The translations under genes were made by a program, and so were the position numbers. The notes beneath the pieces were generated by a model that was not told the DNA's origin, did no database searches, and worked only from the letters and a program-made list of their open reading frames with translations. A DNA stretch of 24,915 nucleotides, filler included, from an uncultured virus (IMG/VR IMGVR_UViG_2049941000_000750) (lineage: Duplodnaviria > Heunggongvirae > Uroviricota > Caudoviricetes). It is 16 parts of one record of this genome, joined end to end, with 100 filler letters (N's around TTAATTAATTAA, not from the genome) between each part and the next. Parts side by side here need not be neighbours in the genome. Positions count along the whole stretch, not along the records: positions 15,840 to 17,765 come from IMGVR_UViG_2049941000_000750; positions 17,866 to 20,750 come from IMGVR_UViG_2049941000_000750; positions 20,851 to 22,173 come from IMGVR_UViG_2049941000_000750; positions 22,274 to 23,338 come from IMGVR_UViG_2049941000_000750; positions 23,439 to 24,915 come from IMGVR_UViG_2049941000_000750; 11 more parts are not named here. One strand, 5' to 3'. Every line of letters begins with the position of its first letter. Position 1 is the first letter of the stretch. Positions 15,840-24,915 of this stretch are shown here, piece after piece.

Positions 15840-17765
15840 TTGCCGTATTTAAGTCATTTGGCCAATAAACATTAGCAGCACTACATTCCAGAAGGTCTGC
15901 AGGGCCATATACTAAACCATCGCCAGTACTATTAACTATCGGAACTTCAGCAGAGTTTCCTACAGCATTTAATCCAGTACCGCCAGAAGCAACAGCTAAA
16001 GGTGTCGTAAGTCCTGAAATTGTACCGCCAGTAATATTGACTGCATTTGCATTTTGAGCACTCATTGTTCCCAAAGTAGCCCATTCAGGGTCAGTACCAC
16101 CAGCATTAACCTTAAGGACTTGACCAGCTGTACCAATGGGCAACCTAACCTCACCACCAGCACCTCTCGTTAGTAAATCTCCTCGTGTTGTTAATGTTGG
16201 GTTTTCAGCACTTGCCCATTCAGGAGAATTACCACCAGCGTTGACTTTAAGAACTTGACCAGCAGTTCCGATTCCTAGTCGCGTGTCGGTCGCCGCTCCA
16301 CGAACAATTAAATCGCCTTGAGTAGTAGTTGGTGTGACATAACCATCGCCCCATTCAACATCAGTACCGCCAGCATTTACTCGTAGATATTTTCCAGCGG
16401 TTCCACGTGCAAGTCGTACGTTATTCGTTCCATCATGCGTTAGAATATCACCTTGAGTTGTTAATGGGCTTAAAGCATCAAACGCAGGCGTCTTAGTTGT
16501 CTGTCCAGTACCGCCATCAGCAATTGCTATCGGAGCAGTGAGGCCTGATACCGTTCCACCTGTGATGGTTGCACCCGTGACTGTACCATTCGATATAGCA
16601 ACCCCATCAATCGCTCCACCAGTGATATTTACATTGTTTGAGTTTTGGTCAATCATCGTTCCTGGAGTTTCCCAGTTCGGATTATTGCCATTCATACGCA
16701 TGATTTGGTCATCAGCACCCTTTGCTAATGTGCTTGCAGCGCCCCCAGCATCACCAACAATCATATCACCTTGAGCAGTGATGTTCGTTAAAGAAGTATC
16801 TATTTCATCAGCGTTTTGTGTGATTGTAATACCGTTGGAACCAGTAAATGAGCGATAGTTTACGTCCTGACCTTGTACATCTACCAACCAATCAGCACCA
16901 GCTCCCTGCTTTTGGAAGTTCGGGAACAACTGTTCGTCGGTTGCGTAAATATAAATGTCATTCTCATTTTGCACCAAAGAGATACCATCTTTTGCGACCA
17001 AAGTTCTGAGTTCTAATGTACCACCATTTAACCGATTGCCAACCTGAGCACCCGTACCTAAGTTGTTTAATGCACCCATCTTGGTGTCAGCATATGTCTT
17101 TGTAGCTTGAGCAGATGGTACTTGAGTGTTGGATACAGCACCCGTTAAGTCTGTGTTGAGAACACCAGCTTTTAGATTGTCTACTTCAAGCTCTGTTACC
17201 GTATTGTTATCGGCATCAATCGTCTTATTGGTCAACGTCTGAGCGTCCGTAGTACCTACAACATCACCATTTGGAAGCAGTTTGTTTGAGCGTTTGATCT
17301 GTGTACCACTGCCACCATTGTACAAAGCAATCTCGCTATCAGCACTTGTCGTTGTAGAAATAACAGCATTGTTTGGCAACTGAGCATTTGGAAGTTTGCT
17401 ATTAGCATCCAATGTAGCTACTCCATTTGGCGCACCCTTCTCGGCAGTAGCAATATAGCCATTATGCGTGTGCATTCCGGTAGCATTTCCACCACCCGTT
17501 AATGCATCCTTCTGAGCTTGAGAAAGAAAACGTGCGTCATTTCCAGCAGCTACAGTACCAGCTGTTGTGCCTACATTAAGCGTAGCCGCGTCACCCAAAC
17601 CAAGATTGGTTCTTGCTGTTGCGACATTTGCGACATCAGACAGGTTCTGATCCTTGCGCATGTAGTCATTAAGAATACCGGTGACTGGATCGTCATAAGT
17701 TAGATTACCTTGAGCGTCCCATGAAGCATACTTGTTTCTACGATCATCAACAGAAGGAAGTTCTC
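15840..17765 (-). CDS. Tail fibre, central fragment (about 640 aa)
   Basis: Frame is open to the gap (ELPSVDDRRNKYASWDAQGN...). Contains NLSDVAN.ATARTNLGLG, NGVATLD, QTLTNKT, IADGGTG and TTQGD repeats typical of fibre shafts. Confidence 0.92.
16081..16461 (-). repeat. Three tandem 45-codon fibre repeats
   Basis: TT(Q/R)GD.....RL..GTAG..L.VNAGG...EW units whose Trp codons fall at 16351, 16216 and 16081 (period 135 nt). A degenerate fourth unit lies at ~16671-16780. Confidence 0.9.
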
Positions 17766-17865
17766 NNNNNNNNNNNNNNNNNNNNNNNNNNNNNNNNNNN
17801 NNNNNNNNNTTAATTAATTAANNNNNNNNNNNNNNNNNNNNNNNNNNNNNNNNNNNNNNNNNNNN

Positions 17866-18179
17866 CAGCAAGCTTTCCGCTAAAGCTATCTACGGCAGAA
17901 AGAACACCCTCATCAACTAATTCATTATAGAACCCCAACTGACGTGTGTTTTTAAAGTAATCAAACGCTCTAATCCAAGAATCTTCAGCACCTTTGAATG
18001 AGTTTCTAAACTCTTTGCTGGTAAACCATTTAGCGGTTGTTCCAAAAAGCTTTCCAAAACCAACCGTCATTCCTGCTTGAGCCAAGTCTGAGAAAGCAGC
18101 TATGACAGTACCACCAATCAACCGAGCAACATTAAGATTGTTTACAATGTTAGCCAGGTAGTTTACTGGGTTTAATCCC
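17866..18179 (-). CDS. Large internal virion protein (gp16-like) fragment
   Basis: NNLNVARLIGGTVIAAFSDLAQAGMTVG resembles the RL.GG......D.A motif of large ejection proteins. Confidence 0.65.
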
Positions 18180-18189
18180 NNNNNNNNNN

Positions 18190-18632
18190 ATGTGTTTTAT
18201 TTTGTTGTTCATTTAGTCCAACAAGATTTGTTAATAGCCCACCAGCATCACAGAACATAGCACAAAATTCAGCGTCCTTTACACTAGATTTAATTGCTTC
18301 TGCCATAGATATTTCATATCCATTCTTAAGAGCACGTAAGTATGCTTTCATGATACCAACAGATACCATCATGGAAAGACCAGACAATGCGGTTAGGTCT
18401 CTCTTCTGAAGCATTGGAATCATAATCTTAGAGTATGTACTAAAAGTAAAACGACGGAACTGAAGCATTGTTTTAAGACTTGGTCTATCAAACAAAGTTG
18501 GCACAGAACCTGCACTAGGAGTTAAGATTGCTTGGTCTTGCATACGTCTAATGCCACCCTTAAATACATTCTTTAAGTTAGCATCATCCCAAAAACCAAC
18601 ACCAGATTCCCAAGTTCCATCACTTAAAACGC
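18190..18632 (-). CDS. Large internal virion protein, near C-terminal fragment
   Basis: AILTPSAGSVPTLFD...KTMLQFRRFTFS matches the I.TP..G..P.......QF..F.F motif. Confidence 0.7.
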
Positions 18633-18642
18633 NNNNNNNNNN

Positions 18643-19399
18643 TAAAGTCTTCTGAGATAGCTTTTTCAATATCGTTAAAACTTTGAGTCCCAACCTTTTC
18701 TCGCAATAATGAATTTGTATATACTTTTTGATTATAGCTTCTGAAAGATTTTTCTACATCTTTTACCAGCCAATCTTGTATGATTTTGGTTGGAAATCTT
18801 AATACTCTATGTTTTTGCATAGACTCTAAAGCTTTTGGATTCTTTGGATATCCTTTATCTTCAGGATACAACATTCCATCTTTAATACTTGTAGCATCTT
18901 CTAAGAGTCGTTTGTCTATTAAATCAAATAACTCTTGTTGGTCTTTTTGAAGCTGCTCAAAAGGAACTTCTTTTAAATATTTATATTCTGGGTGGTTAAC
19001 GTTAACCTCTTCCCACCATAACCCCTCTTTAAGAGACTGTACAAAACCGTCTGAATTTTTTAATATTTTTGCATGATCATATACTCTATGTATATATCTT
19101 TCTCCACCCGGCAATTCAGGTATGTCTTTGTGGGTTAATTTTTTATTTTTCCATTCATTTAATTCTGATTTTGTTGCTTCAAGCTCAGAATTAATTTCCA
19201 TCCTTCCGCCTTCGTTTTCATCAAGCAGTTCCTGAAAGGTAAGCTTCTTTTCGTTAAGAGCCCCTTCATACCTTTCGTTTTCTTTGATAAGTTTATTCTT
19301 CTCTTTACTGATAACACGAAGACGTTCGCCAACCTTTCCTTTAATCTCCCTAAGTTGTCCTTCGGTTAGTTTGGCGTTTGGGTTTTTCTTTAATTTATC
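18643..19399 (-). CDS. Large internal virion protein, central fragment
   Basis: About 250 open codons: coiled coil, then YIHRVYD and KHRVL......DWLVKDVE...SY. Confidence 0.7.
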
Positions 19400-20019
19400 N
19401 NNNNNNNNNNNNNNNNNNNNNNNNNNNNNNNNNNNNNNNNNNNNNNNNNNNNNNNNNNNNNNNNNNNNNNNNNNNNNNNNNNNNNNNNNNNNNNNNNNNN
19501 NNNNNNNNNNNNNNNNNNNNNNNNNNNNNNNNNNNNNNNNNNNNNNNNNNNNNNNNNNNNNNNNNNNNNNNNNNNNNNNNNNNNNNNNNNNNNNNNNNNN
19601 NNNNNNNNNNNNNNNNNNNNNNNNNNNNNNNNNNNNNNNNNNNNNNNNNNNNNNNNNNNNNNNNNNNNNNNNNNNNNNNNNNNNNNNNNNNNNNNNNNNN
19701 NNNNNNNNNNNNNNNNNNNNNNNNNNNNNNNNNNNNNNNNNNNNNNNNNNNNNNNNNNNNNNNNNNNNNNNNNNNNNNNNNNNNNNNNNNNNNNNNNNNN
19801 NNNNNNNNNNNNNNNNNNNNNNNNNNNNNNNNNNNNNNNNNNNNNNNNNNNNNNNNNNNNNNNNNNNNNNNNNNNNNNNNNNNNNNNNNNNNNNNNNNNN
19901 NNNNNNNNNNNNNNNNNNNNNNNNNNNNNNNNNNNNNNNNNNNNNNNNNNNNNNNNNNNNNNNNNNNNNNNNNNNNNNNNNNNNNNNNNNNNNNNNNNNN
20001 NNNNNNNNNNNNNNNNNNN

Positions 20020-20198
20020 TTGCTTTCTTAAAAAGAGTAAAACCTTTTACAGCTTTAAGTGCAACACCAACTGCACCACCTGAAGCAAAAAACGTAGGAT
20101 CAACAGCACCACCTACCAGCCAACCGCTAGTGCCTAAAAAACCATGAGAATCTGAAACAACCTGCCTATGAAAATTTATATTGTCTATTATGGATTTA
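20020..20198 (-). CDS. Large internal virion protein, N-proximal hydrophobic fragment
   Basis: HGFLGTSGWLVGGAVDPTFFASGGAVGVALKA; a G-rich ...DP segment expected to follow 21309-21641. Confidence 0.6.
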
Positions 20199-20208
20199 NN
20201 NNNNNNNN

Positions 20209-20450
20209 GAATACAATATAATAATGTCACCTGCAGCCGCAGCGTTTGTCAATGTAACACGCTTATTTGCTACATCTACAGTATAATCCACACCATAATT
20301 TAGTGTTGTTTTTGTCTGCGTTGCTAAGACGTACTGTATTACTTTTACTTGACCAGGATAGGCTGTAGGCACATCCCAATCAAAATTGAATACAGTCTGT
20401 CCAGCTACTGCTGTTGTCTTTTCATAACGATCATTTGGTAGTACGCTCAT
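20209..20450 (-). CDS. Tail fibre N-terminal anchor domain (T7 gp17-like)
   Basis: AGQTVFNFDW...VKV.......TLNYGVDYTV....VTL..AAAAGDIIILY; GAGGA Shine-Dalgarno; follows the large internal protein. Confidence 0.85.
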
Positions 20451-20470
20451 TAGTGTCCTCAGTTAAATTG

Positions 20471-20750
20471 TTAAAGCTTGATTTTTCTAAATCCTAACTC
20501 TTTATCTCTTTCTTTTCTTTCTAGGTCTTTCTTTGCTCTTTCGGTTCCACGAGACATGATAGTTGCTTTCTCGAACCTATCAAACAATGGGAATAACCAT
20601 ATGTTGTTTTGGAATGGCAACATCTTTCTTGTATAATGAATTTCGCTTGCACTCATTTCACCACCCATACCTGTAAGCAATTTAAACAATCCTGGTATTG
20701 CTGTTGGTGCCGTAAAGAAAAAGTCATAGCCTGTACCCATTGCTGATCTT
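20471..20750 (-). CDS. Large internal virion protein, C-terminus
   Basis: RKMLPFQNNIWLFPLFDRFE resembles the R..LPFQN...L..LFD terminal motif; directly upstream of the fibre gene. Confidence 0.7.
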
Positions 20751-20850
20751 NNNNNNNNNNNNNNNNNNNNNNNNNNNNNNNNNNNNNNNNNNNNTTAATT
20801 AATTAANNNNNNNNNNNNNNNNNNNNNNNNNNNNNNNNNNNNNNNNNNNN

Positions 20851-21036
20851 TTGGGTTTCGTATAACTCATTTGCAATATCTCTAATGATTGGATTTGTTG
20901 AGGTTCCTGGATTTACAAACTCATTAAAAACTTGTTCATTAAACTCTTGATAATCTTTACCGCCATTCCAAAGCTTAAGTTCTTTGAATGTTTTTAGTTT
21001 TGAAATAGCTGTATCACCATACTTATTTTTAACATA
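20851..21036 (-). CDS. Probable internal virion protein fragment
   Basis: Open helical frame (...DTAISKLKTFKELKLWNGGKDYQEFNEQVFNEFVNPGTSTNPIIRDIANELYET) between gaps. Confidence 0.4.
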
Positions 21037-21308
21037 NNNNNNNNNNNNNNNNNNNNNNNNNNNNNNNNNNNNNNNNNNNNNNNNNNNNNNNNNNNNNNNN
21101 NNNNNNNNNNNNNNNNNNNNNNNNNNNNNNNNNNNNNNNNNNNNNNNNNNNNNNNNNNNNNNNNNNNNNNNNNNNNNNNNNNNNNNNNNNNNNNNNNNNN
21201 NNNNNNNNNNNNNNNNNNNNNNNNNNNNNNNNNNNNNNNNNNNNNNNNNNNNNNNNNNNNNNNNNNNNNNNNNNNNNNNNNNNNNNNNNNNNNNNNNNNN
21301 NNNNNNNN

Positions 21309-21641
21309 AAACTCATCTTCGTCTCTAGCTTGATACAATACATCTAACCATTGTTCATAGCCTTGAACCATGTCATATGTTATGTTGAAGTTTGGATCGT
21401 ATTTATGACCAAACGAGGTACCCATAAAACGAAGACTATTAATTATTGGACTGGATATAAAACTTGACCATGCTGTACCCCAAAAGCCCTCAGACATATC
21501 ATGCTGAATGCTTTTAGCAGCTCTTGCTTCCATTGGATTTTGATAAACATGTCCCGATTTTGCACGGTTATATTTCTGATAAAATTCTTCATCAGAAAGA
21601 TTTATCTTATCGTCCTCTAGTCCTCTTTCTAAAAATGGCAT
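21309..21641 (-). CDS. Large internal virion protein, N-terminus
   Basis: Start with AGGA Shine-Dalgarno 14 nt after the previous stop; MPFLE...GFWGTAWSSF...YDPNFN...ARDEDEF. Confidence 0.65.
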
Positions 21642-21655
21642 GATTTTTGTTCCTG

Positions 21656-22173
21656 TTATCTGGCAATCATTTTACTGTAAGCTAAAGCACCAAATGGATG
21701 TTCTTGTTTCCATTTTTCAAAGTCAGACATTGATTTCTCAGCAAACTTTTCCCTTCTTTTGCTTCTTATTTCTTGCTTCTCTTTCTTGGTTTTTTCTAGT
21801 TTTTCGCCAAGTTTAACAGTCTCTGCATACATATATGGTCTATCAATCCAGGTTGAATTATACATTAACGTACGCATTCTTTCTCTGAGCCATAACTCCT
21901 CGTTGTTTAAACCTCTGATTTCTTCAAACTCTTGTTGCTCTACTTCAGACCACCATATATCTTTTCCAACACGAACATATTGCAGATCTTTATCATAGAA
22001 AGGCATTATAACTCCATCATCTCCTTTAACACATAAAACATAAGTTGGCTTACTATTTTGGTCACCTATCTCGAGATATGTTTTTTCGTCAGCAAACACA
22101 CATACTCTTTGTGGATCTATACCTTTTGTTTTACCAAACTCTTGAAGCTTAAACCGCATTTCATCTACATCAT
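21656..22173 (-). CDS. Middle internal virion protein (gp15-like), C-terminus
   Basis: Open to the gap; contains AD..T.......PTY; assigned by its position just upstream of the large internal protein. Confidence 0.55.
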
Positions 22174-22273
22174 NNNNNNNNNNNNNNNNNNNNNNNNNNN
22201 NNNNNNNNNNNNNNNNNTTAATTAATTAANNNNNNNNNNNNNNNNNNNNNNNNNNNNNNNNNNNNNNNNNNNN

Positions 22274-22714
22274 GCCATAGTTTGCCCATGTAATTGTAAA
22301 AGGTTTTACGGTCTCATGAACGAAAATTATTTTATTGCGATCAGTTTCATAATCGCATTGCGTCATTAACTTGGCTGTTTTACCTGTATTAAAGGAACAT
22401 AAATAAGTATTGTCACTGACGTTATATACATCAGCAACATTCTCTCCAAAAACAATTATGTGGGTGAATGTTGTACCATCATTATTGAAACCATTATAAT
22501 CGATGATACGATATTCTTGCTGACCGTTTGTCGTAGGGGCAGCTCTCAAAAAATTAGTGCCATAACGTCGCTTCACTCCGCCCGTTAGTTTCACCATCAC
22601 ATTCTCAGCCTTCTTCAGCCCTTTATAATACTGCTGAAGATCACCACGCTGTGATATATTTGCATCCAGTTGACCTGCCGTAAAACTAAACTGTGGACAA
22701 AGTGTAACCGCCAT
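22274..22714 (-). CDS. Tail tubular protein B (nozzle), N-terminal fragment, allele 1
   Basis: Q.SFTAGQLD....R.DL..Y..GL....N..V...GGVKRRYGT; the start overlaps the tubular A stop (TAATG). Confidence 0.92.
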
Positions 22715-22974
22715 TAGTACATCTCCCTAAGTGATTGCAAAAGGTTAGTATCCAAAAGTTGTGGCGTGTATTGCTGTACATCATCATTGCACGCTACTGT
22801 ATATACGCTATCTGCACCAGCACCATACGTGAATCCTATGAGCTGTTTCTGTAATTCAAACTGACGACCAATCATTGGACATAGCTGAATCGCAATGTAA
22901 TATGATACGTAGTTAATAAATGAGGCTGGCCATGTTGGCTCTGCTACACGCTTTCTGTATTGTACCCAGACACC
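22714..22974 (-). CDS. Tail tubular protein A, C-terminal fragment
   Basis: VQYRKRVAEPTWPASFINYVSYYIAIQLCPMIG...AC.DD.QQ...L...R, a typical adaptor end coupled to tubular B. Confidence 0.85.
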   Translation of the reverse strand, partial: GVWVQYRKRVAEPTWPASFINYVSYYIAIQLCPMIGRQFELQKQLIGFTYGAGADSVYTVACNDDVQQYTPQLLDTNLLQSLREMY

Positions 22975-22984
22975 NNNNNNNNNN

Positions 22985-23338
22985 CGTTTCAATCTCTGCA
23001 AGATAGCCGTAACCAATCTCAATGTCTTGTCCATCGTAATCATTTGTTCCAAGATTCAGATTACCTCCAGCGTCTACAGCGAACTGACCAAGATAACTAC
23101 TATCGGTCTTCAAAATAACATCCACCGTAGTGCTTACATGCCGTGCTAAACCGGTAACTGCACCCGCAGCTACCGTAGCACTAACAGAGCTATCTAAGTA
23201 GCATTCTGGATCTAAACATACAAAATCATAACCGCCAGCCAAACCTGAGTCCTTAATCAAATAGAACTTATTGTTGGTTGCATAGATGGCATACACCTTA
23301 GAATTGTTGCCATTGTGTTTGAAGATCAGCTTGGTAAA
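22985..23338 (-). CDS. Tail tubular protein B, C-proximal fragment
   Basis: YLDSSV...VTGLARHVSTTVDV......V..G.L.L......IEIGYGY.AEIET fits the YLD, GL.H...TV.V and G..Y...I.T pattern. Confidence 0.75.
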
Positions 23339-23438
23339 NNNNNNNNNNNNNNNNNNNNNNNNNNNNNNNNNNNNNNNNNNNNTTAATTAATTAANNNNNN
23401 NNNNNNNNNNNNNNNNNNNNNNNNNNNNNNNNNNNNNN

Positions 23439-24128
23439 GGCAGGTTCATCACCACGACCCATTTTAACCATCTTATGATAGGTTGAGCTTAGGTTATACA
23501 ATTCTTTTGTTAATGAATCGCCATCATTAGATTGAGAGTTTCCTCCAGAAAGATTTAGTCTTGGCTGATTAGCTACCAACTGAGAAAGAATCCTCAACTG
23601 ATTTGCATTCATTGGCATGCCATAGAAATCTTTTTGCATTTGCTCAGTCCATTCTCCAGACTTAACCTTGTTTTGACCAAACGCATTTAAGCCATCAACA
23701 ACATTCTGATACTCAGGACCGAAAGCCTTTTTCTCTTCTTCAAGTTGCTTGTTATATTCCTCAACTTGCTTTTGATAACGCTCCTGCATAGCTGCTGAAT
23801 AATCATCATATAACTGTTCTGCCTGCTTTTTGCTCAAGCCATTCTTATTAGCTAATTGTACATAGAACGACATGTCCTCTTTCTGATAATCATTCAGTTC
23901 ACGATCTTCAAAAAGCTTATCATAATGTTCTGGCTTCTTCGGCTGGGAAATAATGCGCCTTAAATCATCAATGCGCTTCTTGTCCATAGCCAAGTCATCG
24001 GTCATCTTCTTGATGTCAACTTGACCATTTGCCCAGTATTCCTCTGGTACATAGTCAGGACGAGCAACCTCTTGGGATGTTGCTTCCTGTGTTTCTACTG
24101 CTTCATTTTGTAAATCTTCTTCGCTCAT
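23439..24128 (-). CDS. Capsid scaffolding protein (3' end missing)
   Basis: Acidic N-terminus, RPDYVPEEYW, ANKNGLSKKQAEQL, FGPEY; located after the Bbp19-like gene. Confidence 0.8.
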
Positions 24129-24382
24129 ATTGTTCCGTTGTTAACGTCATCTATTATGTTTTGTATATCATTGATAGCATCTATCTTGCCTTGCTGATAG
24201 AGTGCTCTCTCGCTTGGATTGGTTGCATCAAATGAGGTTTGTGTGTTTCTCTTTCTCAGAAACTCCAACACTCTTTTGCCTTCTTCAGTTGAGAACAAAG
24301 CCCGAACAGACTTCATCTCGCCCAAATACTTCTCTCTAAGCAACCTATCTTGCTCAGTGTCCTCATTGAATATTGTTACCAC
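24125..24382 (-). CDS. Bbp19-like small head-module protein
   Basis: RALFSTEEGKRVLEFLR...ALYQQGKIDAINDI matches the F.T..G..VL..L and Y..G motifs; ATGA-coupled to the scaffold gene. Confidence 0.8.
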   Translation of the reverse strand: MVTIFNEDTEQDRLLREKYLGEMKSVRALFSTEEGKRVLEFLRKRNTQTSFDATNPSERALYQQGKIDAINDIQNIIDDVNNGTI

Positions 24383-24652
24383 GTCTTAAGCCCTTCAATC
24401 GGTACTTGACCATTGCAAGCGCGAGCAAATATATCCGCAATATTGCTATTCTTTAATATCTCCAAATCTACTCCAAAATGAAATACATCTACATGAGTCT
24501 CATTAAAAGAGCGTTGTAGATTATCTACAGCCTCATTGAAATCATTAGGAATTATTGTATTTCCATCTTTCTTAGCAACAAATGAAGATGCCCACTTCTT
24601 CGTAGGACGATAACCAGCCGACATCAAAGACATCATCTGATCAACGGTCATA
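24376..24652 (-). CDS. Hypothetical head-module protein, C-terminal fragment
   Basis: Overlaps the Bbp19-like start; allele of 6873-7199. Confidence 0.7.
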
Positions 24653-24662
24653 NNNNNNNNNN

Positions 24663-24764
24663 TACTCTCTTGCCTTCTTCGGTTGAGAACAAAGCCCGAA
24701 CAGACTTCATCTCACCCAAATACTTCTCTCTAAGCAACCTATCTTGCTCAGTGTCCTCATTGAA
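24663..24764 (-). CDS. Bbp19-like gene, second allele fragment
   Basis: Same protein as ~24269-24370, with a few third-position substitutions. Confidence 0.85.
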
Positions 24765-24774
24765 NNNNNNNNNN

Positions 24775-24915
24775 TGTGCAAAGCAAGCTACCAGAATACA
24801 ATGCGTAATCTTTCCAGTTAAGTCTATCGCCAGCCATTGCATTATCATAACGAACGATCGTAGGCGGGTTGGTAGAAGTATCATATACCGGATTAACTCG
24901 GTTTAAATATACGCT
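24775..24915 (-). CDS. Probable tail tubular protein A, middle fragment
   Basis: Frame SVYLNRVNPVYDTSTNPPTIVRYDNAMAGDRLNWKDYALYSGSLLCT resembles the DY.I.G..L.T segment that precedes ..VQY in adaptors. Confidence 0.5.

Noticed and set aside
495..21343. Long ORFs made mostly of X (495-1397, 571-1425, 14403-15334, 19284-20147, 19378-20031, 20984-21343)
   Set aside because: They are open only because N runs contain no stops.
1..22714. Diversity-generating retroelement template/variable repeat pair, as in BPP-1
   Set aside because: Differences between the duplicated segments involve all bases and many are synonymous rather than adenine-specific. Both copies are coding, and no reverse transcriptase is visible.
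1665..23394. Recurring palindrome TTAATTAATTAA as a biological repeat or CRISPR-like array
   Set aside because: It is always centred in a 100-nt N spacer and gives stops in all six frames, so it is an assembly linker.
2737..24906. Antisense or alternate-frame ORFs (2737-3042, 3272-3709, 5367-5753, 9688-9945, 11217-11492, 16538-16774, 21759-21998, 24029-24235, 24670-24906)
   Set aside because: They shadow better-supported genes and show no motifs.
1..24915. Stop-codon reassignment as the cause of short ORFs
   Set aside because: Conserved genes read without internal stops up to each gap, and TAA, TAG and TGA all occur at credible gene ends.

Overview
This window is not one continuous locus. 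It is a shuffled concatenation of about 50 short fragments joined by N gaps, 15 of which carry an artificial six-frame-stop linker (TTAATTAATTAA). Almost every fragment fits one AT-rich podovirus-type phage, and at least two closely related genotypes are present. Reading each fragment separately recovers a BPP-1/HTVC010P-like virion module on the minus strand: large terminase, portal, Bbp19-like protein, scaffold, major capsid, decoration protein, tail tubular A and B, internal virion proteins, tail fibre, a C1q-like tip and an XkdW-like chaperone. Lambdoid-type replication and recombination genes are on the plus strand: HTH initiator, DnaB-like helicase, RecT, an HNH endonuclease and a TniR-like serine resolvase with a candidate res site. 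A VRR-NUC nuclease sits inside the virion module. Many supplied ORFs that cross N runs are chimeras. The most interesting observations are: (1) an LpxD/LpxA-like acyltransferase gene overlapping the portal start; (2) a ~55-nt hairpin element (GTTATAGGGG...CCCCT...TAGGACACT) found twice, whose AGGACACTA core also precedes the terminase, portal and tail-fibre start codons; (3) a ~700-nt small-gene region almost free of CTA/CTC/CTG on both strands; (4) mosaic divergence between two tail-nozzle alleles. All family calls come from motif recognition by eye, with no database search. Adjacency across N gaps cannot be trusted.
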